A stretch of DNA of 64,000 nt from Azolla caroliniana (Eukaryota; Plantae; Polypodiophyta). A program made the position numbers and the translations under genes. How positions within the stretch are numbered: the first letter of the stretch is position 1; every line of letters begins with the position of its first letter. Under the pieces are notes generated by a model. It made no database searches. It had not been told where the DNA came from and saw nothing but the letters and a program-made list of their open reading frames with translations. Shown in pieces: positions 58,236 to 64,000 of this stretch. The DNA lies in NCBI GenBank assembly GCA_043228905.1, contig JBHGNT010000001.1, forward strand, positions 13,392,001 to 13,456,000, in the 5' to 3' direction.

Positions 58236-61200
58236 TGTCATGATATGGCAAGACCCGAACCCATGACCTTATGCTACATGGGTCGAGCTCTTACCATTAG
58301 ACTATGAATTGTAATTTTTAGGATATTATTTTCATTTATGCTTTATCATAGAAAATTGATGTATATTCCAGATCTCTCTGGAACATTCTAGAAGCTTCAG
58401 GATTATTCCTAAAAACACTATAAAAGGAGGCACAAGGCATTGTTTTGAACCAAATTGGTTCAACGCCAGTCTTAAGCCTCTTAGCCACTTGTACTTATCT
58501 TTTCACATAATATATTAGTTGTTATCATCATCTTTCTCTCTCTCTCATCCTCGCTATCTCTCTCTCTCCTCTTCTCACTTCCTCTCTCGGGAATCTTACG
58601 CAGTCCCGTCCTCTTAGTACTAAGAAGAGCAGTACTATTAGTACTAAGAGGACGGGACTACGTAAGATTCCCGAGAGAGGAAGTGAGAAGAGGAGAGAGA
58701 GAGATAACGAGGATGAGAGAGAGAGAAAGATGATGAGAGCAGCTAATATATTATGTGAAAAGATAAGTACAAGTGGCTAAGAGGCTTAACACTGGCGTTG
58801 GACTGAGGTGCAAGATATGAACGCCGTGATAGTGCATCTGCTTTTCCTTGCTGCTTCCCCGGTCGATATGTGATTTTGAAGTCGAAACGCGTGAGGAATT
58901 GCGCCCACCGAGCTTGCCGTCGATTTAGTACGCGAGCATTCTGAAAATAAGCAAGATTTTTATGATCGCTAAAGACAATGACCTGATGTGGAGATCCCTC
59001 TAAGAAATGCAGCCATTGCACAAATGAATCCGCGATGGCTAATAACTCCTTGTCATGTATTTCGTAGTTGATTTCTGCGACATCGAATTTGCGCGAATGG
59101 AAAGCCACCGGATGCAACTCTTCTTTATCTCCTTGTTGAGAAAGGATGCTACCGAGGGCGAAATCTGATGCGTCGGCCTCCATGATGAATGGTTCGCTTG
59201 TATCCACATGAGCTAGAATCGGTGCTGATGTAAAGGCTTTCTTAAGATGCCGAAAAGCCATATCTGCTTCGATGGACCAAAGAAATGCTTGGCCCTTCTT
59301 CGAAAGTTGTGTGAGAGGTAAAATAATCTTCGAGTAATCCTGTATAAACTTACGGTACAAGTTAGCAAAACCTAGAAAACATTGTACATCTCGTACCAAC
59401 CGTGGAATTTGCCACTCTAGTACAGTTTGGATTTTAGCTGGATCCATGGCGATGCCCTTTGAGGAGATGACGTAGCCTAGAAATTCCACTTGCTTGCAGT
59501 CAAAGCTACATTTTTCTAGCTTGGCATAAAGACCATTCTCGCGGAGTCACTTTAGTACTAATAGTACATGAGAATCGTGCTCTTCCTGGGTCTTCGAATA
59601 AATCAATAGATCATCCAGATAGATGATCAAACAGATATCCAAGAGGTCTCTGAATATATCATTTGCCATATGTTGGAAGACTGCAGGTGCATTGGTTAGG
59701 CCGAACGGCATAACAGTATACTCGAAATGCCCATACTGCGTGCGAAAGGCGGTCTTCCATTCATCTCCCGGTTGGATCCGCACGAGGTTATACGCTCCCC
59801 GTAGGTCGATTTTAGTAAAAAACTTGGCACCATTAACTCGCTCTAAAAGGCTTGATATAAGAGGAAGTGCATACCTATTCCGTATGGTGACCTTATTCAA
59901 TCCGCGGTAATCAACGACGAGACGAAGTGAGCCATCTTTCTTCTTGACAAAGAAGATGGGTGCACCGGCCGGAGATTTTGAATGACGGATGAACCCGCTT
60001 GCCAAGTTCTCCTCTATGTAGGCTCGAAGGATTTCTAACTCGGTGGGTGACAAGTTGTAAATTGGTCCCCATGGTGGCTCAGTTCCTGGTTGTAAATCGA
60101 TGGGACAGTCATAGGGACGGTGATGAGGAAGGGTACCGGCTTTTACCTTGTCAAATACATCGGCATAAGGATGATATTTTGCCGGAAGTTGTACTGAGGA
60201 GTCCTTCTTAATAGTGCTGGAAGGATGTATTGATATTGCAAATAGGAACATTGCCTCCTTGTGTCCTTATTCGCTTAATTGATGGAGTGAAATGGTTGAA
60301 ACTCGGTGAGTAGACTCTTGGGGTGGTTGATATCGGACTTCTCTTGTTCTCCAATCTATGGTTGGATTATGTAATTCAAACCAAGGTAATCCTAGGACAA
60401 TGGGATGCTCTGGACTACTAATTATATTAAATGATATTACACACACAAAACTACCTAGGACAACTTGAATGGGTTCTGATTCTTCTACAATATTCCCGGA
60501 AGCAATGGGACGACCATCAATGACCACTACAGATGTGGGACAAGGAATTTTCCTTAGGGATATCTGAGAAGCTTGGGCAAAATTTCGATCCATAAAACAA
60601 GAATTAGCTCCGGAATCTAAGAGTGCTAGGACGGGTACTGGGGGAGTACTTTTAGTACTAACAATGACTTGGGCTAGGAACACATTGCTAACTTGCTTGG
60701 AAGGAATGGAACCACTAATGGGCTGTACAGATCTAGGGCTGCTGTCCAACCAAACGGCTCCTATTTTGGCTGGACTCAATCGTTTAACTCTTCATCTAAT
60801 TGACTCAGGATTTCAAATTTGTGTGAGATACTTGGGCTATTAGTACTATGAATACTATCTGACACTCTATTAGTACTATTAATACTATCAGACACTCCGA
60901 AGGGAAGAATTGACTCAGGTTTAGTACAGGCGACGATTTGATTTACCTGTCTTCTTGGCCTATGGGGATAATTGATGGCGATATGCCCTGGTCCACCGCA
61001 ATAAAGACATAATCGATTGGCACGTCGTCGTTGCTTTTCTTCTTCCGATAACGGGCCGTGTCGACGCATGGTGTCGATCTCCATCGGTGTCGGAATATTG
61101 GCTTGAGGTACATCGCGTGCAAACGGTTTAGCCGTGACTGAGGCGTATGTGGGTTCCGGCCGAGAGCGTGGTATTTGTAATTGACGTTCCGAACGCCGTT

Positions 61201-62451
61201 CGAAAAGGCGGTTGTCGCATCGGACCGCTCGACTGATTGCCTCCGTAAGAGACTTTGGTTCTTCGGGGAAGGTTAAAAGCAAATCTTTGACATCATTGCA
61301 CAAGCCGTAGCGAAACTGCTCCATGAGGGCCTGATCATCCCAGGGGATATCTGAGGCGAGTAGACGGAAATCCGCCGCGTAGGCAGAGGCTGGATGATCG
61401 CCTTGAAGCAATCTTCGGATCTTGTTGATCGTCGTCCTGATGCTATCGGTATCTCCAAAGCAGGCTTTAAACTCACCAATAAAATCTTCAAAGTTATTAA
61501 GCAAGGGCGATTGTTTTTCTAGAAGCGGAGCGAACCATGCCAAGGCTGAGCCGCTAAGTAACGTGCTTATTAGGCCGACTCGAGATGCATCAGTGGGATA
61601 TCGGGAAGGATGCATCTGGATGACTAAGCGTACCTGATTAAGGAATCCCCGGAATTGCGATCGCGTTCCATCAAATTTCACAGGAAGTCCAATCTTGGGC
61701 TCTTTATGAAATCCTTGGGGACTTGATCCTTGTTGTTGCAACGCTGCTTCGAGTTGTTGTACTTGTAACGCCAACTCCCCATGTTGTTGTTGCGTTTGTT
61801 GTTTTTCGAGAGCGATTTGTTGCAGATCCCCTATCAACCGTTGGTTTTCTTGTTCCAGGGCAACAAACTTTTCTTTTAGGCACTGTAACTCAGAGAAAAC
61901 GGATTGATATTCTTGGGCGCTAACAATAGCCATAGTATAGGGAAAAGGGTAGGAGGATGAAGGAGAACGACAAGTAGGCTGGAGGAACAACAAATGAAAT
62001 TGGTTCAAACTGTTAGGAATAGTACTAAAGCAGAGATGGAATTAGTACTAAGAAGAGCAGTACTATTAGTACTAAGAGGACGGGACTGCGTAAGATTCTT
62101 GAGAGAGGAAGTGAGAAGAGGAGAGAAAGAGATAGCGAGGATGAGAGAGAGAGAAAGATGATGACAGCAGCTAATATATTATGTGAAAAGATAAGTACAA
62201 GTGGCTAAGAGGCTTAAGACTGGCGTTGAACCAATTTGGTTCAAAACAATGCCTTGTGCCTCCTTTTATAGTGTTTTTAGGAATAATCCTGAAGCTTTTA
62301 GAATGTTCCAGAGATCTGGAATATACATCAATTTTCTATGATAAAGTATAAATGAAAATAATATCCTACAAATTATAATTCATAGTCTAATGGTAAGAGC
62401 TTGACCCATGTAGCATAAGGTCATGGGTTCGAGTCTTGCCATATCATGACA
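58236..62451 (-). mobile_element. Element K: H-family gypsy with inverted LTR ends and no integrase
   Basis: LTR in + orientation 58236-58623; inverted R-U5 piece to 58800; RNase H, RT and PR 58801-60779; gag; LTR in - orientation 62011-62451. Flanks ATTGA/ATTGC, and host L is contiguous across the insertion. Confidence 0.85.
60776..61933 (-). CDS. Element K gag (intact)
   Basis: ORF 60776-62008 with first ATG at MAIVSAQ; CLYCGGPGHIAINY; ends EELND*. Confidence 0.88.
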   Translation of the reverse strand: MAIVSAQEYQSVFSELQCLKEKFVALEQENQRLIGDLQQIALEKQQTQQQHGELALQVQQLEAALQQQGSSPQGFHKEPKIGLPVKFDGTRSQFRGFLNQVRLVIQMHPSRYPTDASRVGLISTLLSGSALAWFAPLLEKQSPLLNNFEDFIGEFKACFGDTDSIRTTINKIRRLLQGDHPASAYAADFRLLASDIPWDDQALMEQFRYGLCNDVKDLLLTFPEEPKSLTEAISRAVRCDNRLFERRSERQLQIPRSRPEPTYASVTAKPFARDVPQANIPTPMEIDTMRRHGPLSEEEKQRRRANRLCLYCGGPGHIAINYPHRPRRQVNQIVACTKPESILPFGVSDSINSTNRVSDSIHSTNSPSISHKFEILSQLDEELND

Positions 62452-64000
62452 ATTGCTCCCTTCCGTGGTCATCTGGGACATCTCTCCCCCTCAAGTTCAA
62501 GCAACTTGTCCAGACCAAGAGGCTTGGTGAAGATGTCGGTGGTCTGCCGATCCGTCAGAACATACTGAAGTTCGACTTCACCAGAGAGAACACACTCACG
62601 GACGAAATGTTAGTGCACCTCAATGGTCTTTGCGAGCTGGATGCAGCTGAGGTTGTCACAGTAGATTATCGTTGGATCGGATACCTCCACCTGCAGATCC
62701 TTAAGTAGTCGCTTCAACCATACGGTTGTCGCCCCTCTATACTCAGCTTCGGTGCTCAACAACGCAAATGTCGGTTGCTTCTTGTTACTCCACGCGATCA
62801 CGGCACTCCCAAGAGAAAACGCGAAGCCGGAGGTGGATCGGCGATCAGTGACGTTGCCGGCCCAGTTTGCATCGGTGTAGCCGATCAACTACGGGGTTGT
62901 ACCGAACCGATATAGTAGCCCCCTGTCCTTAGTGCCTCCGACATACCGGAGTACGTGTTGTGCGCACTTAAGGTGCTCCTCGGTAGGTCGTGCCATTAAT
63001 TGACTAATCACCCCGACCGGGTAGCTGAGGTCTAGTCAAGTGATGGTCAAGTATATAAGGCTTTCGACGATCTATCGGAACCTCGTCGGGTCGCATACCT
63101 TTCCGGAATCGGGGCGAAGGTTGACTGTTCTATCAAAAGGAGTCGAGACGGACTTACAGTTGGCCATCCCGAACTTGAAGAGCATATTCAGCGCATAATG
63201 ACGTTGGCTGATCAATATGCCTTTGGGGGTATGGATCACTTCGATCCCAAGCAAGTAATGATGATCCCCCAGATCCTTCATGTTGAATGATGCCGCAAGC
63301 TGGAGCTTCATGCGGTTGATTTCATTTAGGTTGGCGTCGGTGATGACCAAGTCATCAACATAAAGTAGAATACTAACCAACTCGAGTCGACCTTTCCGGA
63401 TGAACAATGAGGAGTCCGATTTCAACGTCGCAAAGCCCATCCGACGCAGTTGCTGCGTGATTTTCGCGTTCCAGGCACGCAGGGATTGCTTCAGGCCATA
63501 AAGGGACTTCTTCAATCGACACACCGCCAAAGTGTTTGTTCCGGAGTGAAATCCGGGGGGCTGGACCATGTACACCTGTTCCTCAAGCTCACCTTACAGG
63601 AACACATTCTTTACATCCATCTGATGTAAGTGTCACCCCTTTGTAGTAGCTACCGTGACCAAAAGACGGATGGTCGTCATCTTCGCGACCGGTGCAAATG
63701 TCTCATTGTAGTCGATGCCGTGTTTTTGCACGTAGCCTTTCGCTACTAACCAGGCCTTGTATCGGTTGAACGAGCTGTCAGTGTTGTACTTGACCTTGTA
63801 CACCCACCTGCATTCGATCAGCTTCACACCCTTTGGTGCGTCAACTAGGTCCCAGGTTTCATTTTCCGCTAATGTGCGCATCTCTTCCTCCATTGTGGCG
63901 CACCAATTCTCATCCTTCGCCGCTTCTACGTAGCTCTTCGGCTCACGCACTTCCGTAAAACGGGTCATGTACGCATAGTGATGCACCATGTACTCATTAT

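Larger units (their letters stand above)
57223..64000 (-). mobile_element. Element L: F-family copia, runs off the window end; interrupted by K
   Basis: 3' LTR 57223-57657 homologous to the F LTR; PPT ctccccctcaag 57658-57669; RNase H 62500-62890; RT 63072-63989. Confidence 0.88.

Noticed and set aside
58236-62451. DIRS-type or TIR DNA transposon, given the inverted termini
   Set aside because: No tyrosine recombinase or transposase; all sequence derives from the H-family gypsy.

Overview
Eukaryotic, repeat-saturated window from a land plant. A non-seed plant such as a fern, lycophyte or bryophyte is inferred from the plant-type intron-containing tRNA-Tyr and Tcn1-like chromoviruses. No host protein-coding gene is supported. 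Positions 1-2588, resuming at 32234-32454, are a degenerate tandem array of tRNA-Tyr(GTA) copies, each followed by a LINE 3' end. A ~29.6 kb nest of Ty1/copia and Ty3/gypsy elements sits inside one outer copia (2589-32233, TSD AAATT). The rest is further nested copia, Tcn1-like gypsy elements, solo LTRs and fragments. Most notable: five divergent Tcn1-like LTR types carry an antisense tRNA-type Pol III promoter (A box and B box, 43-44 nt apart) near the U3 end. The better-preserved families also show heat-shock elements, a co-varying Tf1-type self-priming PBS and a -1 frameshift signal. One copy has inverted LTRs and a long fold-back. Element labels A-O are mine, and coordinates were read by eye (a few bp uncertainty).
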